This document shows, piece by piece, positions 8,797 to 17,799 of a stretch of 64,000 nucleotides of DNA (position 1 is its first letter; each line of letters opens with the position of its first letter). The position numbers and the translations under genes were made by a program. The stretch comes from an uncultured Chloroflexia bacterium. Its GTDB lineage: Bacteria; Chloroflexota; Limnocylindria; Limnocylindrales; CSP1-4. Location of the stretch: NCBI GenBank assembly GCA_963716025.1, contig CAVQSY010000071.1, positions 16,643 through 80,642 of the forward strand. Direction: 5' to 3'. The notes beneath the pieces are model-generated. The model was not told where the DNA came from. It did not search any database and saw only the letters and a list, made by a program, of their open reading frames with translations.

Positions 8797-8826
8797 AGGT
8801 TAGTCGCTCGTCGCGGGCCGCGTCAA
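8797..8826 (-). promoter_or_regulatory. Sigma70-type promoter for the SSS transcript
   Basis: Minus strand TTGACG (8826-8821)-N18-TAACCT (8802-8797). Confidence 0.55.
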
Positions 8827-9096
8827 TGGCCGATCCTCACGTCTTTCGGGCGAATGTATCTGCCGCAGAACCCGCCCCAATGGGGCCGTTTGACCCTACC
8901 GACCCGCCTCGTGTCGGCTGTCGCCGGCGCGCCGACCGAGGTTCCGGGAGGCGCTGGCGCACACCGGTGCCCTGAACGCCGGAGCCCGACCGACACGCGC
9001 TGATCCAGTGAGCCCGCGACAGGCGGGGCAGCCTCCGGGGAGCAGCGGACCGTACAATGGCCCTCCGCCACCACTCCCGAGGAGGGGATCACGTCC

Positions 9097-9486
9097 GTGC
9101 CGCCGATCACCGAGCTGACGAGGATCGAGCCGATCCATCTCCGGCGACTCGAGCGCCAGGGGGTCTTCACCACGGGGCTTCTGCTCGAGGTCTCCGAGAC
9201 CGTCACGCGCCGCCAGACGCTGGCGGACCAGGTGGCCGCGACGACGAACGACATCCTGGCGTGGCGTGACGAGGCGCTCATGCTGAACCTTGCCGGCTTC
9301 GGGCCGGCCGAGCACGACCTCTTCCGCTACGCGGGGTACGACGGTCTACGGTCGCTTCTCACCGTCGACCTGGACACATTTCGCGCGGCGATCGCGCGTG
9401 CGGCGCTGCGGCTCCACGTCGAGCCGCCGTCCGACCTCATGATCGAAACCTGGCTGGAGCAGGCCCCCACGCTCCAGGACGAGTGA
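9097..9486 (+). CDS. DUF4332-like (helix-hairpin-helix) protein
   Basis: Pattern LRRLERQGVFTT-LL...RQTLA...ILAW...L-NLAGFGP...LFRYAG...PPS-MIETWLEQA. SD GAGGAGG; TACAAT at 9053-9058. Confidence 0.7.
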   Translation: MPPITELTRIEPIHLRRLERQGVFTTGLLLEVSETVTRRQTLADQVAATTNDILAWRDEALMLNLAGFGPAEHDLFRYAGYDGLRSLLTVDLDTFRAAIARAALRLHVEPPSDLMIETWLEQAPTLQDE

Positions 9487-10202
9487 GCGTGCCGGATCCC
9501 GGACCGAGCATCCCCGGGAGGAGCCTCGCGGGCGTCGCGGTCGCGCTCTCGACTGCCCTCGTCGTGGTGGGCGTCGCCGTCGCGGTCTTCTTCAACCCGG
9601 TGTGGGTCTCCTTCGCGCAGGCTCGCGCCGACGCGGCGGCCTGGACCGGCTGGGCCGCGGAGGAGGTCGATGGGGTGACCCGCGACGTCGTGCTGGAGGT
9701 GTGGCTCGGGCCCGGCACGTTCGAGCAGGCGGTTGCCGGCAAACCGGTGTTCGACGAGCGCGAGCGCTCGCACATGGCCGACGTCCGACGCGTCGTCCTC
9801 GCGTTCTACGGCATCGTGCTCCTCGGGGCGGTCGCCCTCCTCGTCGCCGGCACGGCGTCGCGCGGCTCGCGCCGGTTCTGGGGTGCGGTGGCCGGGGGCG
9901 CTGCCGGTCTCGCGCTCGGCGCCGTCGCGGTCGGAGGCGCCTTCCTCCTCGTCTTCGACACGGCCTTCAGCCTGTTCCACCAGCTCCTCTTCGCCGAGGG
10001 AACGTGGTCGTTCGACCCCGCGCGAGACCGGCTGGTCCAGCTGTTCCCGTACCAGTTCTGGACCGAGACGACGGTCGCGATCGCGGTCGTCGGCCTGGCG
10101 CTCACGATCGCGGTGTGGGCGGTGGCGCGCCGGCTCGCCCGACCGCGAGGAGGGCCCTCCGCGCCGGCCGGAGCCGTGACGACCGGTGGCGACGTCTCCT
10201 GA
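9483..10202 (+). CDS. DUF1461/TIGR01906 integral membrane protein (lipoprotein intramolecular transacylase Lit family)
   Basis: Four TM segments with ERSHMADVR and FSLFHQLLF-EGTWSFDPARDRLVQLFPYQFW motifs. GTGA overlap with the upstream gene. Confidence 0.82.
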   Translation: MSVPDPGPSIPGRSLAGVAVALSTALVVVGVAVAVFFNPVWVSFAQARADAAAWTGWAAEEVDGVTRDVVLEVWLGPGTFEQAVAGKPVFDERERSHMADVRRVVLAFYGIVLLGAVALLVAGTASRGSRRFWGAVAGGAAGLALGAVAVGGAFLLVFDTAFSLFHQLLFAEGTWSFDPARDRLVQLFPYQFWTETTVAIAVVGLALTIAVWAVARRLARPRGGPSAPAGAVTTGGDVS

Positions 10203-10369
10203 GGGACTGCGCCATGAGCCCACCGCGGGACATGGCTGCCGGCGGGCTCGTGGTCGTGCCAGAATCGGCAGGCTCGCTCCGGCCCGGCGAGCCCATCGAG
10301 CCGGGGTGGCGCGACCGACCCTGAGTGTCCGGCCGGTTCGCCGGTCCGCCTGGACGACGTGGAGGAGCC

Positions 10370-10981
10370 ATGGACGACCGCTCGCAGCCCCGGGCGGCGC
10401 GCCGCCGCCTCAGCCACGTCGACCGTGGCGGCCGGCCCCGCATGGTTGACGTGTCCGGCAAGGCGCCGACCGCACGGCGGGCGATCGCCGAGGGCGAAGT
10501 CGCATGCTCGCAGGAGACGCTGACCCTCGTGATCGACGGGGGCGGGCCCAAGGGTGACGTCCTCACCGTGGCCGAGCTGGCGGGCGTCATGGCGGCGAAG
10601 CGGACGGCGGAGCTGATCCCGCTCTGCCACCCGCTTCCGCTGACCGATGTCGTGGTCCGGATCACGCCCGACCGGGCGGCCTCGGCCTTCCGCGTTCGTG
10701 CCGAGGCGGCCACGACGGGACCGACCGGCGTCGAGATGGAGGCGCTCACGGCGGTGAGCGTGGCCGCGCTGACCATCTATGACATGGTGAAGGGCGTCGA
10801 GAGGGGCGTCGTGATCCGCTCCATCCATCTCCTGGCGAAGAGCGGGGGCGCGTCCGGCGACTGGCAGCGCGAGCGCGAGCCGGTCGAGACCGTCGCCCCG
10901 CGCGCCCCGCGCTCCAGGCCCGTGGGTGGGCCCGGTCGTGCCGGTGGCATCAGGCGCGCGCCGAAGCGCCAGGGGGGCTGA
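10370..10981 (+). CDS. moaC: Cyclic pyranopterin monophosphate synthase MoaC
   Basis: [67 protein letters not shown]. Confidence 0.95.
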   Translation: MDDRSQPRAARRRLSHVDRGGRPRMVDVSGKAPTARRAIAEGEVACSQETLTLVIDGGGPKGDVLTVAELAGVMAAKRTAELIPLCHPLPLTDVVVRITPDRAASAFRVRAEAATTGPTGVEMEALTAVSVAALTIYDMVKGVERGVVIRSIHLLAKSGGASGDWQREREPVETVAPRAPRSRPVGGPGRAGGIRRAPKRQGG

Positions 10982-10985
10982 CAGC

Positions 10986-11507
10986 GTGCCCGGCTCCTCC
11001 TCCGCACTCGTCCTCACCGTCTCCACCCGCGGCTTCGCCGGCGAGCGCCCCGACAAATCGGGCGCGGCCGTCGCGGAGCGGCTGGCAGGCCTCGGTCTCG
11101 AGGTGGAGCGGGGGATCGTGCCGGACGACCAGCCGCTGATCCAGGCGGCGCTCGTGGAGGCGGCTGGACGCCATGCCCTCGTGGTCACGACCGGCGGGAC
11201 CGGGCTCACCCCTCACGATGTCACGCCGCAGGCAACGCGAGCAGTGATCGACTACGAGGTCCCCGGGTTCGCCGAGGCGATGCGCGCCGACGGTCGGGCC
11301 AGGACGCCGCTGGCGATCCTGTCGCGGGCCGTCGTCGGCGTGCGCGGGCGGACGCTCATCGTGAACCTGCCGGGGAGCCCGCGCGGCGCGACGGAGTCGC
11401 TCGACGCCATCGAGCCGGTGCTTGGGCATGCGCTGGAGACCCTCGCCGGCCCCTTCGACCACGCAGGCTGGCCGGGGTCGGGCGCCATGACCCCCACGAA
11501 GACGTGA
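10986..11507 (+). CDS. mog: MogA/MoaB family molybdopterin adenylyltransferase
   Basis: LTVSTR...DKSG, TTGGTGLTPHDVTPQAT, PGFAEAMR, NLPGSPRG. Confidence 0.88.
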   Translation: MPGSSSALVLTVSTRGFAGERPDKSGAAVAERLAGLGLEVERGIVPDDQPLIQAALVEAAGRHALVVTTGGTGLTPHDVTPQATRAVIDYEVPGFAEAMRADGRARTPLAILSRAVVGVRGRTLIVNLPGSPRGATESLDAIEPVLGHALETLAGPFDHAGWPGSGAMTPTKT

Positions 11508-11574
11508 CGGGCGCGCGTCTGCGGGCCACGGGGTCGGGCGGACGCGGTGGGGTGACGGGATCGGGAGTCCAGGG

Positions 11575-13722
11575 ATGACCGAGTCGCTTTCCCATGTCCC
11601 CGGGTACTTCCTGGTCTTTCCGCTCTTCTACGGCGCGCTCGCGGTCTTCGCCCTCCTCATGGCTCGCCACCTCCGGGTTCTCGGGGCCGTGCGCCCCGCG
11701 GCCCGGTTCAGCGACGTGCCGCGCCGTGCGGCCGGCCTCGTGCGCTTCGCGTTCCTGCAGTCCCGGGTGTTCCGCGACCCTGCAGCAGGTCTCATGCACT
11801 ACGCGATCTTCGCCGCGTTCGTGCTGCTCTCGGTCGGCGTGGCGAGCACCGTCACCGGTGGGCTCGTGGAGGCGGTGCTGGCCGCGCCCGGCGGCGGGGC
11901 GGCCTGGGCGGCCGTGCTCCTGCTGCGGAACGTTGCCGCGGTGGGCGCCCTGGCCGGGATCGCCTACTTCGTCGGCCGCCGGCTCGTCGCGCGCCCCGCC
12001 CGCCTCACCCTCTCGCGTTCGAGCGTCGCCGTCCTCCTGCTGATCGGCGGGATCGTGGCAGCGGAGCTGGGAGCCCTTGCCTACGAGGCCGCGGTGTGGG
12101 GCCCGCTGCCCGGAGCCGTCCTCACGAACGCCGTCGGCGCCCGGATCGCTGGGGTCGACCGGGCGCTGCTCGAGCTCCTGTTCGCGGTCCACTGGTGGGC
12201 CCACATCGCCCTGGTCGCGACGTTCCTGGTCTGGCTCCCGCGGACGAAGCACCTCCACGTCGTCACGAGCTTCTTCAATGTCTACCTCCGCAAGCTCGAG
12301 CCGCGCGGCGCGCTCCCCGCGATGGATCTCGAGGCGGCGGACGCGACGTATGGCCTGCGGAACCTCTCGGACCTTGCCTGGAAGGACGTCCTGGACGGGC
12401 TGACCTGCACCGAGTGCGGGCGCTGCCAGGATGCCTGCCCGGCGCACTTCACCGGCAAGCCCCTCAATCCGAAGGAGCTGGTGATGGGAATCCGCCACGT
12501 CTCCGACGATGCCGAGCGCGCGCTCCACCTGGTCGAGGGCCGCATGGGTGTGCAGGCGCGCGGCGGGGACCGCACGGGAGCGCAGGCCCGGGGCGGAGCC
12601 CGCGACGGCGCGCCCACTCCGGCTGCCCTCGCGCTCCCGCTGGTGCCCGCGGCGATCAGCGAGGACGCGGTCTGGGACTGCGTGACCTGCGGGGCATGCG
12701 TCGAGGCGTGCCCGGTCCTCATCGAGCATGTCGACAAGATCGTCGGGCTCCGCCGCAACCTGGTCCTCGAGGAGAGCCGCTTCCCCGCTGAGCTGATCCC
12801 CACGTTCCGGGCGATGGAGTCGGCCCAGAACCCGTGGGGTCAGCCGCGGAGTGCGCGTCTCGACTGGACCAGGGGTCTTCCGTTCGAGGTGCCGCTGGCC
12901 GCCGACGTCGCCCGCGACGACGGGCTGGCAGGACTCGAGCTCCTGTACTGGGTCGGTTGCGCCGCCGCGTTCGACGAGCGCAGCCGTCGGGTCGCCCGGG
13001 CGTTCGCGACATGTCTCGACGCAGCCGGCGTGTCCTACGCGATCCTGGGCCAGGAGGAGGCGTGCAGCGGCGACCCGGCCCGGCGGATGGGCAACGACTA
13101 CGTGTTCCAGCTCCTGGCAGCGGCGAACGTCGAGACGCTCAGGCGCTACGGGCCGCCGCGGATCGTCACTGCCTGCCCGCACTGCTTCAACACGCTCGCC
13201 CACGAGTACCCGCAGCTGGGCGGCGAGTTCGACGTGGTCCACCACTCCGCGTTCCTGGCGGAGCTCCTCGAGGCGGGCCGCCTGGCGACGCTCGTGGGGA
13301 CGGACGGGGCGGCCGCCCGGCGGGTGACCTTCCACGACGCGTGCTATCTGGCGCGCTACAACGGGGTGATCGCCGCCCCGCGGGAGGTGCTGGGGGCTGT
13401 CCCGGGTCTCCAGCTGGTCGAGATGGATCGCCGGGGGCGGGACAGCTTCTGCTGTGGGGCCGGGGGCGGGCGGATGTGGATGGAGGAGAGCCGCGGGTCC
13501 CGGATCAACGCCGAGCGCGCCCGCGAGGCGCTCGCCACGGGTGCCGATGCCGTCGCGGTTGGCTGCCCCTTCTGCGCGACGATGCTCGGGGACGGGCTCG
13601 CGGCGGACGCGGGCAACACCGCCGGGGTCACGACCCTCGACCTCGCCGAGATCCTCGCCCCGGTTGCCGTCGCGGGGCCGGCCGCCGGCCGGAGCCAGCG
13701 GGAGCTGCCCGTGCTCCAGTAG
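11575..13722 (+). CDS. Membrane-bound (Fe-S)-binding oxidoreductase, FadF/EtfD-like (TM domain, 2x[4Fe-4S], two CCG domains)
   Basis: Five N-terminal TM segments with conserved His (GLMH, HWWAH, KHLH), CTECGRCQDACP, CVTCGACVEACP, ACSGDPARR-G, ACPHC, FHDACYL-RYN, FCCGAGGG, GCPFC. Confidence 0.88.
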   Translation: MTESLSHVPGYFLVFPLFYGALAVFALLMARHLRVLGAVRPAARFSDVPRRAAGLVRFAFLQSRVFRDPAAGLMHYAIFAAFVLLSVGVASTVTGGLVEAVLAAPGGGAAWAAVLLLRNVAAVGALAGIAYFVGRRLVARPARLTLSRSSVAVLLLIGGIVAAELGALAYEAAVWGPLPGAVLTNAVGARIAGVDRALLELLFAVHWWAHIALVATFLVWLPRTKHLHVVTSFFNVYLRKLEPRGALPAMDLEAADATYGLRNLSDLAWKDVLDGLTCTECGRCQDACPAHFTGKPLNPKELVMGIRHVSDDAERALHLVEGRMGVQARGGDRTGAQARGGARDGAPTPAALALPLVPAAISEDAVWDCVTCGACVEACPVLIEHVDKIVGLRRNLVLEESRFPAELIPTFRAMESAQNPWGQPRSARLDWTRGLPFEVPLAADVARDDGLAGLELLYWVGCAAAFDERSRRVARAFATCLDAAGVSYAILGQEEACSGDPARRMGNDYVFQLLAAANVETLRRYGPPRIVTACPHCFNTLAHEYPQLGGEFDVVHHSAFLAELLEAGRLATLVGTDGAAARRVTFHDACYLARYNGVIAAPREVLGAVPGLQLVEMDRRGRDSFCCGAGGGRMWMEESRGSRINAERAREALATGADAVAVGCPFCATMLGDGLAADAGNTAGVTTLDLAEILAPVAVAGPAAGRSQRELPVLQ

Positions 13723-13824
13723 CGAGCCGCGTCCCGCCGCGTGTGCGAGCCGCGTCCGCCGCGTGTGCGCCCGGCGTCCCGCCGCGTGTGCGCCCGGCGT
13801 CCCGCCGCGTGTGCGCCCGGCGTC
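13723..13824. repeat. Tandem repeat, about 4.5 copies of a 22-23 bp unit (CGCCCGGCGTCCCGCCGCGTGTG)
   Basis: Directly abutting units between two convergent stop codons; no spacers. Confidence 0.85.
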
Positions 13825-13847
13825 GATCGCCGCCCGCGGGGCGGCTG

Positions 13848-14090
13848 CTACCAGCCCTGGGCCTGGGCGTCGGGCAGGTGCTTGCCGCACGCGACACAGC
13901 GCGTGTCGGTCCAGAGGTTCTCCGTCGCGCACGACGGGCAGAGCTTCACGCCCTCGGACGACATCGCGATCGGGCTCTCGCGGGTGGCGTCGGCGCGCTC
14001 GCCGCGCTCGCGCCCGATCCTGACGAGGAGGGCGACGAGGGCGACGATCGACGCGGCAAGGAGTGCGAGGAGCAGGAACGGCAGATCCAT
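13848..14090 (-). CDS. Small membrane-anchored zinc-ribbon protein (80 aa)
   Basis: N-terminal TM segment, then CPSC...CVAC. GGAG SD upstream of ATG 14090. Confidence 0.75.
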   Translation of the reverse strand: MDLPFLLLALLAASIVALVALLVRIGRERGERADATRESPIAMSSEGVKLCPSCATENLWTDTRCVACGKHLPDAQAQGW

Positions 14091-14278
14091 CACACACTCC
14101 GGGTTGGCCGCCGGTACGCCGGCCACGGGCGGGTCCCCCACGGCCCGCCGCCTCGAGCGTACACCTCCCGCACGCGTCTGCAACCACCCAGGCTGCCTCG
14201 GGATCCGTTCGGTGTGTACACTCGGCAGCGCCGAGCGCGAGAGGGACCTCGCCGGCCCGGGAAGGAGGCGCGCCCCCC

Positions 14279-15061
14279 GTGCGGATCGTCGTGCTCGCGA
14301 AACCGGTTCCCGACGCCACGGGCCAGGAGCGACTCCGCCCGGACGGCCGGCTGGACCGGACCGCCGCGCCCCCGGTGCTCAACGGCAACGACGAGTACAC
14401 GCTCGAGGCCGCCCTCCAGCTCGTGGAGGCCGTGGGCGGCGAGGTGACCCTCATCGCCATGGCGCCCGACAGCAGTCGCGAGGCGCTGCGCAAGGGGCTC
14501 GCGATGGGCGCGGCCCGCGCCGTCCTCGTCACGGACGACACGCTCGAGGGCTGCTGTGCCCTCGGAACGATGCGGGTCCTCGCGGCGGCCCTGCGGGGCC
14601 TCGAGTACGACCTGCTGCTCGCCGGTGCCGACAGCGCCGACGGCGGCGGTGGCGTCGTGGGATCGGGGATCGCCGAGCTCCTGGGGCTCCCGCTCATCTC
14701 CGGCGCGGCCGCGCTCGAGGCGGCCGGGGAGGGCGCCATCCGCGTCCGGCGCGTGGTCGACGCCGGGGAGGAGACCGTCGAGGCTTCGCTGCCGGCCGTG
14801 GTCGTCGGGACCCAGCTCCTGGGCGAGCCGCGCTACCCGACACTCCGGGGGATCATGGGCGCCCGCGTGAAGGAGGTCGCCGTCCGGACCCTGGCCGATC
14901 TCGACCTTGATGGAGCCAGCGTCGGGGGCGGTGCCGCGACGACGGTGCTCCTCGAGCAGCGGACGCCCCCATCCCGCCCTGCGACGCGGGTCGTCCGCGA
15001 GTCGCCGGACGTCGCCGCCCGGGAGATCGTCGACCTCCTCGCCGAACGGAGGGTCATCTGA
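14279..15061 (+). CDS. etfB: Electron transfer flavoprotein beta subunit
   Basis: VRIVVLAKPVPD, LNGNDEYTLEAALQL, ALRKGLAMGA, DLLLAGADSADG, EPRYPTLRGIMGA. SD AAGGAGG. Confidence 0.92.
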   Translation: MRIVVLAKPVPDATGQERLRPDGRLDRTAAPPVLNGNDEYTLEAALQLVEAVGGEVTLIAMAPDSSREALRKGLAMGAARAVLVTDDTLEGCCALGTMRVLAAALRGLEYDLLLAGADSADGGGGVVGSGIAELLGLPLISGAAALEAAGEGAIRVRRVVDAGEETVEASLPAVVVGTQLLGEPRYPTLRGIMGARVKEVAVRTLADLDLDGASVGGGAATTVLLEQRTPPSRPATRVVRESPDVAAREIVDLLAERRVI

Positions 15062-16054
15062 TGGGCGGCGCGGTCTGGGCGGTCGCGGAGGTGGGGTCCG
15101 ACGGGCTCCCGACGCGGCTGTCCGCTGGAGACCGCCACGGCCGCCCGCCAGCTCGCGACGGCCGCCGGGTCCGACGCCTTCGGCATCGTCGTCGGCGCCG
15201 AGCCGGAGCGGGCCGCGGAGGCGCTCGCCGACTACGTCCCGCGGGTCATCGCCGCGCGGCGGGAGCCGGACGCCTGGCCTCCCGCGGCGCTGGCTGCCGC
15301 CCTGGCGGGCCAGGCTGCCGCGGCGGGCACCCCCGGCGTCCTCCTGCTGGGGGCCACTCCCGACGGGCGCGAGGCGGCCGGGGCCCTGGCGGCGCGCCTG
15401 GGCCTTGGGGTCCTGGGGAACGCGACATCGCTCACCTGGGGCGACGGGGACGACGGGGCTCCGGCGGGTCCCCGCGTCGAGATGAGCGTTCTCGGGGGAC
15501 GCGCCCTCACGACGTCGGCGTTCTCGAACGGACGCGGCATCGTCACCCTCCGCCCGAACGCGGTCGCTGCGGCGCCCGCCGCGACCGCGGGCGCGGTGGA
15601 GTCGGTCCCGGCTCCCCAGAATGCGGCGCCCGCGGTCCGTGTCGTCAGCCGCGCCGATGCCGCGACGCGCCCGGCAAGCATCGAGGAGGCCCGGATCGTC
15701 GTCGCCGGCGGCCGTGGCCTCGGCGGCCCCGAAGGTGTGAGGCTCCTCGAGGAGCTCGCCGCGGCGCTCGGCGGCGCTGTTGCCGCCACGCGCGCGGCGG
15801 TGGACGCCGGGTGGCTCCCCTACGCGGTCCAGGTCGGGCAGACCGGCAAGACGATCCGTCCGTCGGTGTACGTCGCCGCCGGCATCTCCGGGGCAATCCA
15901 GCACCGTGTCGGCGTGCAGGGTGCGGAGACGATCGTGGCGATCAACCGCGACCCCGACGCCCCGCTCGCCGAGGACGCGGACCTGTACGTCGTCGGCGAC
16001 CTCTTCGAGGTGATCCCAGCGCTCGTGGCGGCCCTCCGCGCTCGGACGGCCTGA
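15061..16054 (+). CDS. etfA: Electron transfer flavoprotein alpha subunit (frameshift near 15123)
   Basis: N-terminus MGGAVWAVAE continues in another frame to IEEARIVVAGGRGLG, ATRAAVDAGW, QVGQTGKTIRP, GISGAIQHRVG, AINRDPDAP. TGATG coupling with etfB. Confidence 0.9.
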
Positions 16055-16064
16055 GGGAGCGCCG

Positions 16065-16622
16065 GTGGAGCAGATCCTCGTCGTCCTCTCGCTCGGCCTC
16101 TTCGTCCTCCTGCTCATGGCCTTCCTCGTCGTCCTCCGCCGCGCCTCGCGCGTGGTTGCCGGCACGCGCGAGGAGGACGCATTCCGGCGCGGGGGGGCCG
16201 CGGTGGCCGACCATGTGTCGCTCGCGATCACGGACGCCGCCCTGGCAATCGATCAAGTTCGGCGTCGCCACGAATCGCCGGCGTCGCTCGAGCAGGTACT
16301 GCCTGCGACGCTGGCGGCTCTCGAGGTGCGGCGCGCGGAGGCGGAGGCGCTCGCCGCGCCGGCCCCGCTGGTGGAGCTCCGCAAGCGCGTCGTCGACGAG
16401 ATCGAGCGAGCGGGTCGTGCGATCGAGATGGTCCAGCACGGCTGCGCCCTCATGGGCGTGACGGCGGGGCGTCCACGGGAGCAGGAGGGCGAGACGTCGA
16501 TCAAGCGGGGCTACCTGAACCTGCTGCACGCGCGCGAGGCACTCCTGTCGCTCGGCGTCGACCTGCGCTCGGGTCGCGTCGACGCCAGCCGCTGGTTCAG
16601 CGATCGCCTGCGCCCGGAGTGA
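16065..16622 (+). CDS. Hypothetical protein with N-terminal TM segment and helical domain
   Basis: GGGAG SD, typical codon bias, fills the gap between etfA and nrdR. Confidence 0.75.
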   Translation: MEQILVVLSLGLFVLLLMAFLVVLRRASRVVAGTREEDAFRRGGAAVADHVSLAITDAALAIDQVRRRHESPASLEQVLPATLAALEVRRAEAEALAAPAPLVELRKRVVDEIERAGRAIEMVQHGCALMGVTAGRPREQEGETSIKRGYLNLLHAREALLSLGVDLRSGRVDASRWFSDRLRPE

Positions 16623-16652
16623 CGGCGCCGGCTGCGACGAGCACCCACCTGG

Positions 16653-16699
16653 ATACCGTATGTCGTGGTATCGTCCGGGTCCACCACAACATGTAGTGG
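16653..16699 (+). promoter_or_regulatory. Tandem NrdR boxes upstream of nrdR
   Basis: ATACCGTATGTCGTGG (16653-16668) and CCACAACATGTAGTGG (16684-16699) match the 16-bp NrdR-box palindrome and are spaced 31 bp apart. A TGgTATCGT extended -10 lies between them. Confidence 0.75.
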
Positions 16700-16721
16700 T
16701 CGCGGAACGCGGGAGGACCGG

Positions 16722-17204
16722 ATGCGCTGTCCGACGTGCGAGGAACGGGACACCCGCGTCATCGACTCCCGCGACCTCGACGAAGCCGCCACCATCCGGC
16801 GGCGCCGCGAATGCCAGACCTGCGGGGCGCGGTTCACGACGTACGAGCGGGTCGAGGCGGCCCGGCTGGTCGTGGTCAAGCGTGACGGGTCGCGGCAGGA
16901 GTTCGATCGCGACAAGCTCGCCGCGGGGATCCACAAGTCGCTCACCCGACGTCCGGTGCCGGACGGCGCGGCCGACCGGGCCGCCGACGAGATCGAGGCG
17001 ACGCTGCGGGCGGCCGGTGCCACGGAGGTGGACTCGTCGCGGATCGGCGAGCTCGCGATGGAGCACCTGCGGGCGCTCGACCAGATCGCCTTCATCCGCT
17101 TTGCCAGCGTCTACCAGTCGTTCGAGGACCTCGAGACGCTGAAACGGGAGGTCGACTCTCTCTACGCCGAGCGCGGCCCGGCCGTGGTGGAGCCGCGGGC
17201 GTGA
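16722..17204 (+). CDS. nrdR: Transcriptional repressor NrdR
   Basis: MRCPTC...TRVIDSR...[22 protein letters not shown] cone VVKRDG...[21 protein letters not shown]. Confidence 0.96.
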   Translation: MRCPTCEERDTRVIDSRDLDEAATIRRRRECQTCGARFTTYERVEAARLVVVKRDGSRQEFDRDKLAAGIHKSLTRRPVPDGAADRAADEIEATLRAAGATEVDSSRIGELAMEHLRALDQIAFIRFASVYQSFEDLETLKREVDSLYAERGPAVVEPRA

Positions 17205-17794
17205 GCGTCCTCGCCGACCGGGACATCCGGGCTGAGCTGGAGAGCGGTCGCATCCGCATCGAGCCGTACGACGCCGACGACCTCCAGCCGTCGTCGGTCG
17301 ACCTCCACCTGGACCGGGCGTTCCGGGTCTTCCGCAACAACCGCTACGCGTTCATCGATCCCCGGGAGGCGCAGCCGGACCTGACGGAGCTCCTGGAGAT
17401 CCGCGACGAGGAGCCGTTCATCCTCCACCCGGGCGAGTTCGTGCTGGGCCAGACTCTCGAGTGGGTCGAGCTGCCGGACGACCTCGTGGCCCGGCTGGAG
17501 GGCAAGTCGAGCCTTGGCCGCCTGGGCCTGCTCATCCACTCGACCGCCGGCTATGTCGACCCCGGCTGGAGGGGGACGCTGACCCTCGAGCTCAGCAACG
17601 TCGCGAACCTGCCGATCGCGCTCTACGCGGGGATGAGGATCGGGCAGATCAGCTTCTTCCGCATGTCGAGCCCCGTGGAGCGCCCATATGGCAGCGCCGA
17701 CCTGGGATCGAAGTACCAGGGCCAGAGCCAGCCGACGGCGTCGGCCTTCCACCGCGACTTCGACGCCCGCCGCCGGAAGCCCGGGACACCCTGA
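17201..17794 (+). CDS. dcd: dCTP deaminase
   Basis: [58 protein letters not shown]. Confidence 0.95.
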   Translation: MSVLADRDIRAELESGRIRIEPYDADDLQPSSVDLHLDRAFRVFRNNRYAFIDPREAQPDLTELLEIRDEEPFILHPGEFVLGQTLEWVELPDDLVARLEGKSSLGRLGLLIHSTAGYVDPGWRGTLTLELSNVANLPIALYAGMRIGQISFFRMSSPVERPYGSADLGSKYQGQSQPTASAFHRDFDARRRKPGTP

Positions 17795-17799
17795 TCGGG

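Noticed and set aside
10203-10369. Moco riboswitch upstream of moaC
   Set aside because: Hairpins are present, but I could not find the conserved Moco RNA sequence blocks.
13723-13824. Possible CRISPR array
   Set aside because: Units abut directly with no unique spacers and there are no cas genes; it is a simple tandem repeat. The same applies to 46175-46252 and 56642-56704.
11356-14739. Long antisense or alternative-frame ORFs (e.g. 1127 aa here, 1076 aa at 20508-23738, 727 aa at 38393-40576)
   Set aside because: Arg/Pro/Gly-rich shadow frames of real genes, produced by high GC and codon bias; no motifs.
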